Source of the DNA: Methylococcales bacterium
GTDB taxonomy: Bacteria; Pseudomonadota; Gammaproteobacteria; Methylococcales; Methylomonadaceae
Length of the DNA: 64,000 nucleotides
Assembly: GCA_028715725.1 (NCBI GenBank)
Contig: JAQURG010000017.1
Coordinates: 458 to 64,457 of the forward strand
Reading direction: 5' to 3'
Shown: in pieces, positions 27,887 through 37,891 of the stretch
Numbering within the stretch: position 1 is the stretch's first letter
Layout: each line of letters opens with the position of its first letter
Notes under the pieces: generated by a model
Seen by the model: the letters and a program-made list of their open reading frames with translations, nothing else
Told to the model about the DNA's origin: nothing
The model's database searches: none
Position numbers and translations under genes: made by a program

Positions 27887-29212
27887 ATGAAAGTAACAGT
27901 ATTTGGTTCTGGTTATGTAGGGTTGGTGACAGGGGTTTGTCTGGCTGAGGCTGGCAATGATGTCGTATGCATCGATGTTGATCAACGAAAAATTGATAAT
28001 TTGAAAAAAGGGATTATTCCTATCTATGAACCAGGACTGGATGACCTGGTTAAAGACAACCAACAAGCCGGGCGGATTAAATTTACTACGGATATCCAGG
28101 AAGCCGTTAACCATGGTGTTTTTCAGTTTATAGCGGTAGGCACTCCGCCTGATGAGGATGGGGCGGCTGATTTGCAATATGTTCTGGCAGTGGCCAAGTC
28201 CATCGCTGAAAATATGGATGCCTACCGCATCATCGTTGATAAATCCACTGTACCTGTCGGTACGGCCGATAAGGTGAAGGAAGTAATTCTTCAAGTCCAG
28301 GCGGAACGCGGCGTGGATATTGATTTTGATGTGGTGTCAAATCCGGAGTTTCTGAAGGAAGGAGCGGCGATTAATGATTTCATGAAACCGGATCGGATTA
28401 TTGTCGGCACCGATAATCCAAGAACCGCGGAATTATTAAAAGCGCTGTATGCGCCGTTTAATCGCAGCCACGAGCGCATCATAACGATGGATGTGCGTTC
28501 GGCCGAATTAACCAAATATGCCGCTAATGCCATGTTGGCCACAAAAATCAGCTTTATGAATGAATTAGCCAACTTGGCCGAACTGTTAGGCGCAGATATT
28601 GAGCATGTCAGGAACGGCATAGGTTCTGATTCACGCATAGGTTATTCTTTCATTTATCCCGGCTGCGGTTATGGCGGCTCCTGTTTTCCTAAAGATGTCA
28701 AAGCGCTGGAACGCACAGCACAACAAATGGGTTATAAAGCCGAATTGCTGAATGCCGTGGAAAATGTCAATGATCGGCAAAAGCAGGTCTTGATTAATAA
28801 AATCGTCAGCCATTATAAGGGAGATTTGCAAGGTAAAACCTTTGCTCTCTGGGGTTTGGCATTCAAGCCGAAAACCGATGATATGAGAGAAGCTCCCAGT
28901 CGCGTCATACTTGAGGCGTTAATTAATGCAGGCGCTCAAGTCAGAGCTTTTGATCCTGAAGCGATGGAGGAGGCGAAAAGAATTTATGGCGATCAGCTGG
29001 GTTTAACTTTGGTCGAAACTGCTGAAGAGGCGCTGCGAGATGCAAATGCCTTGATTGTGGTGACGGAATGGAAAAACTTCTGGAGCCCTGACTTTGACCA
29101 CATCAAAAAAGCCTTAAAAGATGCAGTAATTTTCGATGGCAGAAATTTATATCAACCTGAACTGCTTAAGAAGCAAGGCATAGCTTATTATGGGATTGGC
29201 CGATCAAATTAA
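27887..29212 (+). CDS. ugd: UDP-glucose 6-dehydrogenase
   Basis: [11 protein letters not shown]-binding fold and catalytic GGSCFPKD. Confidence 0.93.
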   Translation: MKVTVFGSGYVGLVTGVCLAEAGNDVVCIDVDQRKIDNLKKGIIPIYEPGLDDLVKDNQQAGRIKFTTDIQEAVNHGVFQFIAVGTPPDEDGAADLQYVLAVAKSIAENMDAYRIIVDKSTVPVGTADKVKEVILQVQAERGVDIDFDVVSNPEFLKEGAAINDFMKPDRIIVGTDNPRTAELLKALYAPFNRSHERIITMDVRSAELTKYAANAMLATKISFMNELANLAELLGADIEHVRNGIGSDSRIGYSFIYPGCGYGGSCFPKDVKALERTAQQMGYKAELLNAVENVNDRQKQVLINKIVSHYKGDLQGKTFALWGLAFKPKTDDMREAPSRVILEALINAGAQVRAFDPEAMEEAKRIYGDQLGLTLVETAEEALRDANALIVVTEWKNFWSPDFDHIKKALKDAVIFDGRNLYQPELLKKQGIAYYGIGRSN

Positions 29213-29292
29213 TTTAAAATGAGGAAGCTTTTACTGTCTGTCAAATTGCGGATACTTCGCATAATCTTTAACCGTTAATAAAGGTAAACCTA

Positions 29293-29655
29293 ATGAAAGA
29301 CTATAAAACAACGGCTGCTTTATTGCTTTTACTTCCTTTAAGCGGGGCAAGCTTCGCTTTGGAACCCCAAAAATCGGCTGATCCGATGCTGCCGGGTATG
29401 GATATGCATCAGGGGATGGGGACAATGAGCGGCATGACTTTAGAGCAAAAAGATCAGCATTTGCGCGCCATGCAGGAACACATGTTGATGATGCACGATC
29501 TGTCAAATCAGATTTTGGCTGAACCTGACCCTGGCAAAAAAGAACAGCTTAAAAATCAGCAGCTACAGCTCATGAAGACTTTTCAGGAGCAAAGAAAAAC
29601 TCATCGCCGGCTAAGAAAAGAACAGCGCCAGCAAATGAAGGTGCAGCGTCAATAA
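29293..29655 (+). CDS. Periplasmic Met/His/Gln-rich coiled-coil protein (possibly Spy/CpxP-like or metal-binding)
   Basis: Signal peptide, a MLPGMDMHQGMGTMSGM tract, an LTxEQ-like MTLEQKDQ motif, and a basic Gln-rich tail. Confidence 0.6.
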   Translation: MKDYKTTAALLLLLPLSGASFALEPQKSADPMLPGMDMHQGMGTMSGMTLEQKDQHLRAMQEHMLMMHDLSNQILAEPDPGKKEQLKNQQLQLMKTFQEQRKTHRRLRKEQRQQMKVQRQ

Positions 29656-29813
29656 CTGAAGCAAGAGCCACAAATACAACAGCAACAGCAACCGCAAATT
29701 AAGCCGGAATAAAAATGTTAATGCAGCGGTGAGGGTGAATGGCGGGCTCTCACCCTTCATCCGGGTTGCTCAATTGTTGTTGAAGACTTTTCAAAATATT
29801 CAGGTTTTGTTTA

Positions 29814-30308
29814 ATGCCATTTATCATTCATTGGTTAGATAGATGCTCCGGAGCTTTAGATTTAATAAGGATTAATACCCCTGCAGGTAAGTTGGTGTTA
29901 TACAGCCAGGACGGTGTTATTAGTAACGCAGACTGGGAGTTTGATGATGGCGTTTATCCTGAAGACCATGAAGTACAGCGGCAATTTAGCCAATACTGGC
30001 TAAATGCAGATAAACCTGTTCATATTAAATTGTTAAGCCAGGGTAGCGAGTACCGCCATAAAGTCTGGGCTGAGCTGTGCAAAATCCCTTTCGGGCAAAC
30101 CATGACTTATGCCGCCCTGGCTGGAAAAATAGGCTCGGCTGCTCGCGCTGTCGGTAATGCATGCAGAGACAATCCATATCCAGTCATTATTCCCTGCCAT
30201 CGGATCGTGTCAGCTTCGGGTGTTGGGGGTTACTGCGGGCAAACAGGAGGGGACTTTATCGCTATCAAAAATAAATTGCTGGGCTATGAGGCCGCTCATA
30301 AAGGATGA
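29814..30308 (+). CDS. ogt: Methylated-DNA--protein-cysteine methyltransferase
   Basis: Active site IIPCHRIV. There is a 4-nt overlap with xerD. Confidence 0.85.
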   Translation: MPFIIHWLDRCSGALDLIRINTPAGKLVLYSQDGVISNADWEFDDGVYPEDHEVQRQFSQYWLNADKPVHIKLLSQGSEYRHKVWAELCKIPFGQTMTYAALAGKIGSAARAVGNACRDNPYPVIIPCHRIVSASGVGGYCGQTGGDFIAIKNKLLGYEAAHKG

Positions 30309-31189
30309 GCGCTATTGCTTTAATAGACCAGTTTCTGGATGCGATCTGGGTAGAGCAAGGTTTGAGTGAAAACACGCTTTCAGCCTACAGCAGCGATTTA
30401 AGGATTTTCGCCAAATGGCTGGCAGGTAAATCGATGCTGGAAGTCGATACGGGCGATTTATCAAGTTTTCTGGCTAGCCGCTATAAAACAGGCATAGGCA
30501 ATCGGTCTTCAGCACGAATTCTATCCAGCTTGCGGCGTTTTTATGGTTATTGCATCAGAGAAAGTCTTATAACCATTGACCCTACTGCATTGGTAGAATC
30601 ACCTCATATAGGCAGGCCTTTACCGCTGTCGCTTTCTGAAAAAGATGTGGAATTATTGCTGAATGCGCCGGAAGTAACCAACGCTTTGGGATTCAGAAAT
30701 AAAACCATGCTGGAGATGCTTTATGCAACCGGGCTTAGAGTCTCGGAACTGGTAGGTTTAAAATTTGATCAGATCAGTTTCAGGCAAGGCGTAGTCAGAA
30801 TCACAGGAAAAGGTAATAAAGAGCGGCTGGTGCCGGTAGGGGAAGAAGCCATGAGCTGGCTGGAAGATTATATGGACCAGGCCAGAAAAACCATACTGCG
30901 CGATCGGCAATGTGATTATCTATTCGTAACCAGCCGCGCAGACGGTATGACAAGGCAGGCTTTTTGGCATATCATCAAGCATCAGGCAAAGAAAGCGGGC
31001 ATCAGTAAAGAACTGTCGCCGCATACCTTAAGGCATGCCTTTGCCACGCATTTATTAAATCATGGTGCGGACTTGCGCGTCGTGCAACTATTGCTGGGCC
31101 ATGCTGATCTATCGACTACCCAAATTTATACCCATATTGCCCGCGAACGTTTAAAAGAATTACATTCAAAATTTCATCCTCGAGGATAG
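30305..31189 (+). CDS. xerD: Site-specific tyrosine recombinase XerD
   Basis: R..HxxR..Y catalytic signature (ATGLRVSEL, HTLRHAFATHLL, LLGHADLSTTQIYTH). The N-terminal LSENTLSAY is typical of XerD. Confidence 0.92.
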   Translation: MSAIALIDQFLDAIWVEQGLSENTLSAYSSDLRIFAKWLAGKSMLEVDTGDLSSFLASRYKTGIGNRSSARILSSLRRFYGYCIRESLITIDPTALVESPHIGRPLPLSLSEKDVELLLNAPEVTNALGFRNKTMLEMLYATGLRVSELVGLKFDQISFRQGVVRITGKGNKERLVPVGEEAMSWLEDYMDQARKTILRDRQCDYLFVTSRADGMTRQAFWHIIKHQAKKAGISKELSPHTLRHAFATHLLNHGADLRVVQLLLGHADLSTTQIYTHIARERLKELHSKFHPRG

Positions 31190-31194
31190 CCACA

Positions 31195-31968
31195 ATGGCA
31201 AAAAATATTCACCAGACAGCTTTAATAGCGCCTGATGTTACGCTGGGAGACAATATTACAGTAGGCCCTTTTGCTGTGATTGAAACAGGTTCTGAAATTG
31301 GCGCTCATTGTCAGGTGGGCGCTCATGCTGTGGTTCACGGTTATGTGAGGATGGGAGCCGGCAACATTTTACATCCCCATGCGGTATTAGGCGGTCTGCC
31401 ACAAGATACCGGTTTTAATGCTGCAACGGTTTCATGGCTCAATATCGGCGATAATAATACCTTTAGAGAAGGTTTTACCGCGCACAGGGCCTCTAAAGAA
31501 AATGCCGAGACTCGTATCGGTTCAGGCTGTTACTTTATGTGTAACAGCCATGTTGCGCATGATTGTAGTATCGGCAATAACACCATATTTGCCAATAATG
31601 TCGCAATTGGCGGGCATGTTGAAGTGGGCAATAACGTTTTTATGGGCGGCGCGGTGGTGGTGCATCAATTTTGCCGGGTTGGTTCGTATGCAATAGTGCA
31701 GGGAACTACCGGGCTTAATATGGATGTTATTCCGTTTATGTTGATTGGCGGACGGCCAGCCCGGCACTACAAGTTAAATACGGTAGGGTTAAGGCGTGCG
31801 GGTATTGTCGGCGATCGTTATAAAATACTTTCAGCCGCATTTCGGCTGTTAAAAAACAAACAAAGCCTGGACACCCTGGAAGAAACCGAAGAGTTAAAAC
31901 AATTGAAAGAATGGCTTGCGGTTAAGTCCAGGCGTGGCTTGCATGGGTTCATTGATGTGTCTGGCTAG
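31195..31968 (+). CDS. lpxA: Acyl-ACP--UDP-N-acetylglucosamine O-acyltransferase (LpxA family)
   Basis: Left-handed beta-helix hexapeptide repeats, catalytic-His context NSHVAHDCSIGN, and C-terminal helical domain NTVGLRRAG. Confidence 0.85.
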   Translation: MAKNIHQTALIAPDVTLGDNITVGPFAVIETGSEIGAHCQVGAHAVVHGYVRMGAGNILHPHAVLGGLPQDTGFNAATVSWLNIGDNNTFREGFTAHRASKENAETRIGSGCYFMCNSHVAHDCSIGNNTIFANNVAIGGHVEVGNNVFMGGAVVVHQFCRVGSYAIVQGTTGLNMDVIPFMLIGGRPARHYKLNTVGLRRAGIVGDRYKILSAAFRLLKNKQSLDTLEETEELKQLKEWLAVKSRRGLHGFIDVSG

Positions 31969-32169
31969 TCCCAGGAGGAGTATTCAGCTTTCTTGCGCAG
32001 GAGCAATTTGGTCACGATTTTCGCTGATTAAATTCTCTTCGCAATATAAGCTGAAGGTTTGAATAATCGTCACCTGTTTCAAGGTAGAGGTTCCGGTAAA
32101 GAACATTTTCATCTCTGGAGTTCTTTAAGCGTCTTCAATAATCTTTGATGCCCTGCTTGTGGAGGTTTA

Positions 32170-34581
32170 TTAGCTGACAGCCTTCGCGGAAATATGGGAA
32201 TTTATTAATGCAGGGATTTCCTTGGCGGAGACTGCCGGGCTATAAAGAAAACCTTGCATAAGATTACAACCCAGGTTTTGTATTGCGGCGGCCTGGTCTC
32301 TGGTTTCAACGCCCTCTGCAATTATCGAATAACCGAGCGTGTTGGCTAACCCGACGATTGTACCCAATAAAAGGGAAGTATGTGGATTATGGAGCATTTC
32401 ATCAATAAATATCTTATCGATTTTTAAACAATCGAGCGGAAGCTTTTGTAGTGAAGCCAAGCAGGAAAAACCGGTGCCAAAATCATCAATCGCAATCCTT
32501 ACACCTAATTCTCTTAACTGATTGAATACTTCAATGTGTCCTTTCGTTTGCATTGCATTCTCGGTGACCTCCAATTCCAGATAATGAGGCGGAATACGGT
32601 TCTCAATCAGTAAATTCCGCACGGTATCCACTAAAGCCGGCTCTTGAAAATGAGAAGGCGAAAGATTGACAGCCATTTGTATAAATGGTATGCCTGAACG
32701 ATGCCATGATGACATTTGTTCACAGGCTGTTTTAAGCACCCAGTTGCCGAGTTCCACTATCAAACCAAGGCGATCGGTAAGCGTAAGAAATTCATCAGGC
32801 AGAATCAGGCCTTTTTCCGGGTGCTGCCAGCGTACCAGCGCCTCTACGCCGGTTATACGCCCTGTAAGCATGGATACTTGGGGTTGATAATAGAGTATGA
32901 ACTGTTTTTGCCTGAAGGCTTCCCGCAACATCTGTTCGTTTTTTCGGCGTTGCGTGGCTTCCTGCGACATATTGGGAGAGAAAAAAACATAGCGTTGCTT
33001 TCCGGCCTGTTTGGCGGAGTACATGGCTATATCAGCGGCCTTGATCAATTCGGTTTCATTTTGACCATCGCGCGGAAAAATTGCGATGCCGATACTGGCT
33101 TGTGGCGTTATCGGTTGATTGTCTAATAGCAACGGCTGGTTTATTTTCTGCAGAAAACGGTCAGCCACATCGGAAACACCTTCATCATCGGTGATATTCG
33201 CCAGGATAATGCAAAACTCATCACTTCCCAGGCGAGCGATAAAGTCGATTTCACGTACGACGAGTTTTAAACGTTGAGCAATGGCTCTAAGAAATTGATC
33301 GCCAACAAAATGACCATATTTATCATTAATCTCTTTAAAGCCATCCAGTTCAAGAAAAAGGAAAGCAAACTGCTCATTGCTGCCAAGAGCAGTCTTGATG
33401 AAATCCTTGATATGCTCATGGTAATAGGTTCTGCTAGCCAAGCCGGTCAGATTGTCAAAATAGGCTATGCGATGAATTTGTTTTTCGGTTTCATTATGGC
33501 GTGTAATGACCAGTATATTGCCGGTAATAATGCGTTCGCTTTTATCTGCTAGTAATTCCAGCTCCTGATGAACAAGAAGCGGTTCGGATTGTCCGGCTAG
33601 CAATCGGAATTCGATGCTTTTAATGGCTGAGCCGGAAGCGGCGGCAGTGATAGTGTCTTTGACGAAATCACGGTCTCGTGGGTAAATTAATTGCATAAAA
33701 CCATCCAGTGAACCGTCGAATTGTTGCAGACTGATGCCGCACAAATTTGCCAAACGTGACGATATCTGAAATTTATTTTTCTCTGTATGCCAGATCCAGC
33801 AGCCCAGACGTGCCATTTGTGAAGCCATATTCAGAGCGGTAAGCTGGAACAGGTTATTTCGAAGTAATGCTGTACTCCGGCCAATTCGTACCATGAAATA
33901 TAATCGGTATTTAAATATCTGATAGTCGATGGGCTTGATGATAAAGTCAGTGGCTCCAACTGCGAGCGCGCTGTTTATAGTCTCTACATCACCTACTTCG
34001 ATTAAAATGATAATCGGCGTATCGGACAGTGTCGGGCTTGTCCTTAATAATCTGCATATTTGCAAGCTGTCAAACCCTTCTGTTCCGGCATCAAGTAATA
34101 TTGTATCCGGAAGTCGCTCTTTTATTCGTTCAAAGGCTAGCGTGCTGTTAGCGGCTGTATCTACTGAAAATGCAGGTGTGGACAGGGCCTTAATGATGTC
34201 TGATTGAAAGTCGGGAGTATCGCTGATTAACAGAATCCGGATGGTGGCTAATGCAGATTGTGATTCAATTTGACTCGCAGTGAGTGAGGCGTCGAAGTCA
34301 GCAAGCAAGGGAGCAATAAGGCCTGGCAAATCAAATTCCATTGCCGTCAAGACATTATTGGCTCCGTTTGTGTGGCCCTGTCTAGCGATTTCTTCAAGAT
34401 GATTGGCGTAATTGGCTAAAGCTGGAACCCCTAAATTGAAACAGGATATTTTAAAGCTATGAGCAATTTTCGCTAGGTTTTCGGTATCATTGCGCTCCAA
34501 AGCGAACCGCAACTTACCAATTTCTCGCGGTACAATCTCCAGAAACATCTCAATAGCTGTGTTCAATATACTGACGCCCAC
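32170..34581 (-). CDS. Hpt-REC-PAS-GGDEF-EAL multidomain signalling protein
   Basis: Hpt (AHSFKISCFNLG), receiver (LLDAGTEGFDSL ... KP), GGDEF domain with RLGSDEF and an RxxD I-site (REID), and EAL motifs EALVRW, EVTE, DDFGTG, KIDK. Confidence 0.88.
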   Translation of the reverse strand: MGVSILNTAIEMFLEIVPREIGKLRFALERNDTENLAKIAHSFKISCFNLGVPALANYANHLEEIARQGHTNGANNVLTAMEFDLPGLIAPLLADFDASLTASQIESQSALATIRILLISDTPDFQSDIIKALSTPAFSVDTAANSTLAFERIKERLPDTILLDAGTEGFDSLQICRLLRTSPTLSDTPIIILIEVGDVETINSALAVGATDFIIKPIDYQIFKYRLYFMVRIGRSTALLRNNLFQLTALNMASQMARLGCWIWHTEKNKFQISSRLANLCGISLQQFDGSLDGFMQLIYPRDRDFVKDTITAAASGSAIKSIEFRLLAGQSEPLLVHQELELLADKSERIITGNILVITRHNETEKQIHRIAYFDNLTGLASRTYYHEHIKDFIKTALGSNEQFAFLFLELDGFKEINDKYGHFVGDQFLRAIAQRLKLVVREIDFIARLGSDEFCIILANITDDEGVSDVADRFLQKINQPLLLDNQPITPQASIGIAIFPRDGQNETELIKAADIAMYSAKQAGKQRYVFFSPNMSQEATQRRKNEQMLREAFRQKQFILYYQPQVSMLTGRITGVEALVRWQHPEKGLILPDEFLTLTDRLGLIVELGNWVLKTACEQMSSWHRSGIPFIQMAVNLSPSHFQEPALVDTVRNLLIENRIPPHYLELEVTENAMQTKGHIEVFNQLRELGVRIAIDDFGTGFSCLASLQKLPLDCLKIDKIFIDEMLHNPHTSLLLGTIVGLANTLGYSIIAEGVETRDQAAAIQNLGCNLMQGFLYSPAVSAKEIPALINSHISAKAVS

Positions 34582-34874
34582 GAGGTTTTAAGGTAAATAT
34601 TTAAGTATGATGGTTTAAGGGCCATAAATATTCTGATTATCTCCTTTTGCAAATCAGCGGTCAATTCAAATTAATGAACGTAGCCCATGTTAAGTAGTCT
34701 GTTTTTTTATGTTTTGCCGCCTTCCTGATTCGATAAGATCTGCCGAGATAGAAAATGAATTTAAAAACAACCCTGTAGATGACTTTTTCCGGCTCCCGAT
34801 AGGTTAAAGAAAGGTATAGTCGTATAATATTTACCAATGAGCAGTTCTAACGTATAACTGAATAGGTCTTAAGC

Positions 34875-35705
34875 ATGGGACGATATGATCATAGAAGAAA
34901 TAAAAAGTTCAGCGGAGTAAACCCGGCTGTCGTGGTTGTTCTGATAATTCTGGCTGGCGTTGGCGGGTTTTACTTTGCCAGACAGCAGTCCGACAGCCTG
35001 GAAGAACCTGGTCCACAGGCTTTGGCAATTCCTCCCCTGGAAGAGAAGGGCGCGGATGTTGAGGCAAAAAAAACGGTAACTGATAATCTTGAAGAACTGC
35101 AGCAGGAAGAAGAGCAGATTGTTCTGCCGACGCTTGACGCTAGCGATGGGCTGTTCCGTCAGAATATGGTTCAGGTATCTCCCATGCTTGGGCAGTGGCT
35201 GAGCACTGACCAGCTAATTAAAAAATATGTTGTGATTGCCAATGACTTTTCTCAAGGATTGAGACTTGAAAAGCATATGCGTTTCCTTAAGCCTGACCTG
35301 CCATTTGTCGCTGATCAGGATGATGCGGGGCTGTTTATTGCGACTAAGAGTTATCAACGCTATAACAAACTGGCGGCGGCGATAAATAGCATGGATGCAC
35401 AGGCAACTCTGGCGGTATATAGAAAATTCAGGCCATTGTTATTGCAGGTTTTTGCTGGATTTAGTTATCCCGAACAATATCAATTGGAAGATATTTTCAC
35501 AAAAGCGGCAGCAGAGATTTTGGCTGCACCGATTATTTATGAACGTATTGCTTTGATAAAGCCTACAGTGAATTATAAATTCGCCGATCCAAAGCTTGAA
35601 GCGTTAAGCCCGATAAGTAAGCAGATGATACGTCTGGGGCCTGAAAATACCCGTATTATACAGGATAAAGTGCGAATATTGGTAGATGGGCTGGTTAAAG
35701 AGTAA
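34875..35705 (+). CDS. Membrane-anchored protein, DUF3014-like
   Basis: Single N-terminal TM segment with a conserved-looking C-terminal domain. The family name is recalled from memory only. Confidence 0.5.
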   Translation: MGRYDHRRNKKFSGVNPAVVVVLIILAGVGGFYFARQQSDSLEEPGPQALAIPPLEEKGADVEAKKTVTDNLEELQQEEEQIVLPTLDASDGLFRQNMVQVSPMLGQWLSTDQLIKKYVVIANDFSQGLRLEKHMRFLKPDLPFVADQDDAGLFIATKSYQRYNKLAAAINSMDAQATLAVYRKFRPLLLQVFAGFSYPEQYQLEDIFTKAAAEILAAPIIYERIALIKPTVNYKFADPKLEALSPISKQMIRLGPENTRIIQDKVRILVDGLVKE

Positions 35706-35721
35706 CCAGCCGAGTCTTAAA

Positions 35722-36531
35722 TCAAAACCTGACTTCGTACCCGGAGAATTTGCGAATATTGATGACGCCGGTGTCCAGCAACAGATACTGGCCCTTAATG
35801 CCATGCAGTATGCCGGATACTTCAGGGTTTTTGTCAAAGTTAAAGGATTTGATTTTAGCGGGATAATTATCTACCGGAAAATGTATATCCACAGGCTGTT
35901 CTCCAGATAACAATTCAATAGCCTGCCGGCCAAAGCGCTGTATCATTTCAGCCAGCTCCGCTTCACATAGAGCCATTAGTTCATCACGTTTTGCCGCAAG
36001 ATCGATAGGCTCAACCTGATTTTTAAGCATTTGTTGCCAGCTGGTTTTATCGCTGATGTGTTGAGCAATGACTACCTCTATGAGCCCGGCCAGGTAGCGC
36101 GACTGTACTTTAAATATGGGTAATGCCTGAACTGCACCTTGGTCCATCCAGCGTACCGGGATTTGTGTCTGCCGAGTGATGCCAACTTTAATTCCGCTGG
36201 AGTTAGCAAGATAAACCATATGCGGCTGAAAACAAAATGCCTGGCCCCAGTCTGGTTCCCGGCAGGTGCCTGCTGCATAGTGGCAGGTTTCCGGCTTTAA
36301 AATGCACATATCGCATTGGGCTAATGAGATAAAACAGGGGTAGCAATAGCCCTGATTGAAAGCCTTTTTAATCGATCTGTTGCAATGTACACAAAAAATG
36401 TGACCCGTATACGTCAACTTGACCGATTTGCCGATTAGCGGATTTAAGGCGATGCTTTGATCGCCTATGGGTAAATTATACTGGATCGGTTTATCCAGCC
36501 GGGTATGCATTTTTTTTAACGGTCCCTGCAT
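35722..36531 (-). CDS. DUF2797-like Cys-rich protein
   Basis: CVHCNRSIKKAFNQGYCYPCF ... CDMC ... C cluster. The family name is from memory. Confidence 0.55.
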   Translation of the reverse strand: MQGPLKKMHTRLDKPIQYNLPIGDQSIALNPLIGKSVKLTYTGHIFCVHCNRSIKKAFNQGYCYPCFISLAQCDMCILKPETCHYAAGTCREPDWGQAFCFQPHMVYLANSSGIKVGITRQTQIPVRWMDQGAVQALPIFKVQSRYLAGLIEVVIAQHISDKTSWQQMLKNQVEPIDLAAKRDELMALCEAELAEMIQRFGRQAIELLSGEQPVDIHFPVDNYPAKIKSFNFDKNPEVSGILHGIKGQYLLLDTGVINIRKFSGYEVRF

Positions 36532-36611
36532 TCAGGCATTCCTCAAAGTGAGCTAATGTTGTGAATAGTTTAAGTTAACGTCACCGGACTTTCATTGTCT
36601 CTGTAATATCT

Positions 36612-37070
36612 TCAATTGCGTTTACATTTATAACCGTCGGTATTCTCTACAATCCAACGTTCATCTTCGGTTATTAACAATTCTTTTTTCCAGAACGGCA
36701 CCTTCGATTTTAATGCATCCATAATGTATCGGGACGCGTCGAAGGCATCACCGCGGTGAGATGTCCATACGGCGACCAGAACAATGGATTCGGCAGGCAG
36801 AATTTTGCCTACACGATGCACTATTAACGTATCGATAATGTGCCATTGCTGCCTCGCTTCGGTAACAATTTTCTCCAATTGCTTTTCAGTCATGCCCGGA
36901 TAATGCTCCAGCGTCATGCCTTTAACAGCATCGCCTTCATTAAAGTCCCGCATCGTTCCGATAAAAATACTGGTTGCGCCAATAGCCCCGCTATTTTCCA
37001 GGTTCGTGCTCTGATAGGCTTGAATTTCCTGATACGGATCAAATACGCCGGCACAAATTCTGATGGCCAT
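36612..37070 (-). CDS. moaE: Molybdopterin synthase catalytic subunit
   Basis: 152 aa, with MoaE-like GDA..SR....D..K...P.WKKE. It follows moaD. Confidence 0.9.
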   Translation of the reverse strand: MAIRICAGVFDPYQEIQAYQSTNLENSGAIGATSIFIGTMRDFNEGDAVKGMTLEHYPGMTEKQLEKIVTEARQQWHIIDTLIVHRVGKILPAESIVLVAVWTSHRGDAFDASRYIMDALKSKVPFWKKELLITEDERWIVENTDGYKCKRN

Positions 37071-37071
37071 T

Positions 37072-37311
37072 TTAACCTCCGGTAACAGGCGGAAAAAACG
37101 CTACTTCATCTCCGTCCTTAACGGAGCTGTCGAGTTCAACATAATCCATATTGACCGCCGCCAAAGTATTGGCAGGAAGCGGTTTCCCGGGGTTGGCCTG
37201 GCGCCAGATTTCGTTAACTGTGGATAATTCCTTAAAATCCAGAATGTCTTCCTGGCGGCCTATGCTTTCTTTCAAGCTGGCAAAATAACGCACTTTAATA
37301 GACATAAGCAT
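37072..37311 (-). CDS. moaD: Molybdopterin synthase sulfur-carrier subunit
   Basis: 79 aa ending in PPVTGG, the diglycine carrier terminus. Confidence 0.88.
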   Translation of the reverse strand: MLMSIKVRYFASLKESIGRQEDILDFKELSTVNEIWRQANPGKPLPANTLAAVNMDYVELDSSVKDGDEVAFFPPVTGG

Positions 37312-37379
37312 TCACGCAATCACAAAAAAGATAGATAATACGATGGTTATTCACCTTTTTCACTACTTATCTGTTGACG

Positions 37380-37868
37380 ATGACTTTACTATCCCATTTT
37401 AACCAGTTCGGTGAAGCTCATATGGTCGAAGTCGCCGAAAAGGCTGTAACTCAGCGCACAGCCGTCGCCGAGGGCTATATTGAAATGCAGATGGAAACAC
37501 TTCAGCTAATAGTAAACGGAGGACATAAAAAAGGTGATGTACTGGGCATTGCGAGAATAGCAGGCATTATGGCCAGTAAAAAAACCGCGGACCTGATTCC
37601 TCTCTGTCACCCGCTGCCGCTAACCCACGTAGAAATAAACCTGAGTGCGGAAATGGACAAAAGCAGGATACGCTGCCAGACGACGGCAAAAACCATTGGC
37701 CAAACGGGCGTGGAAATGGAAGCGCTAAATGCCACACAAATCGCTTTGCTGACAATTTATGATATGTGTAAAGCCGTAGACCGCGGCATGGTTATTCAAT
37801 CTGTACAGTTGTTGGAGAAGATGGGCGGTAAATCAGGGCACTGGCAACGCACACATCAGCAACGCTGA
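37380..37868 (+). CDS. moaC: Cyclic pyranopterin monophosphate synthase
   Basis: [26 protein letters not shown] signature. ATG at 37380; the track uses the TTG at 37374. Confidence 0.93.
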   Translation: MTLLSHFNQFGEAHMVEVAEKAVTQRTAVAEGYIEMQMETLQLIVNGGHKKGDVLGIARIAGIMASKKTADLIPLCHPLPLTHVEINLSAEMDKSRIRCQTTAKTIGQTGVEMEALNATQIALLTIYDMCKAVDRGMVIQSVQLLEKMGGKSGHWQRTHQQR

Positions 37869-37891
37869 GAGGCTCATTTCGCAATAATTAA

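Noticed and set aside
31969-32169. A 41-codon minus-strand ORF (MKMFFTGTSTLKQVTIIQTF...) in the lpxA/GGDEF-EAL spacer.
   Set aside because: It has a weak RBS, no recognisable motif and is short. I cannot distinguish it from a chance ORF by eye.
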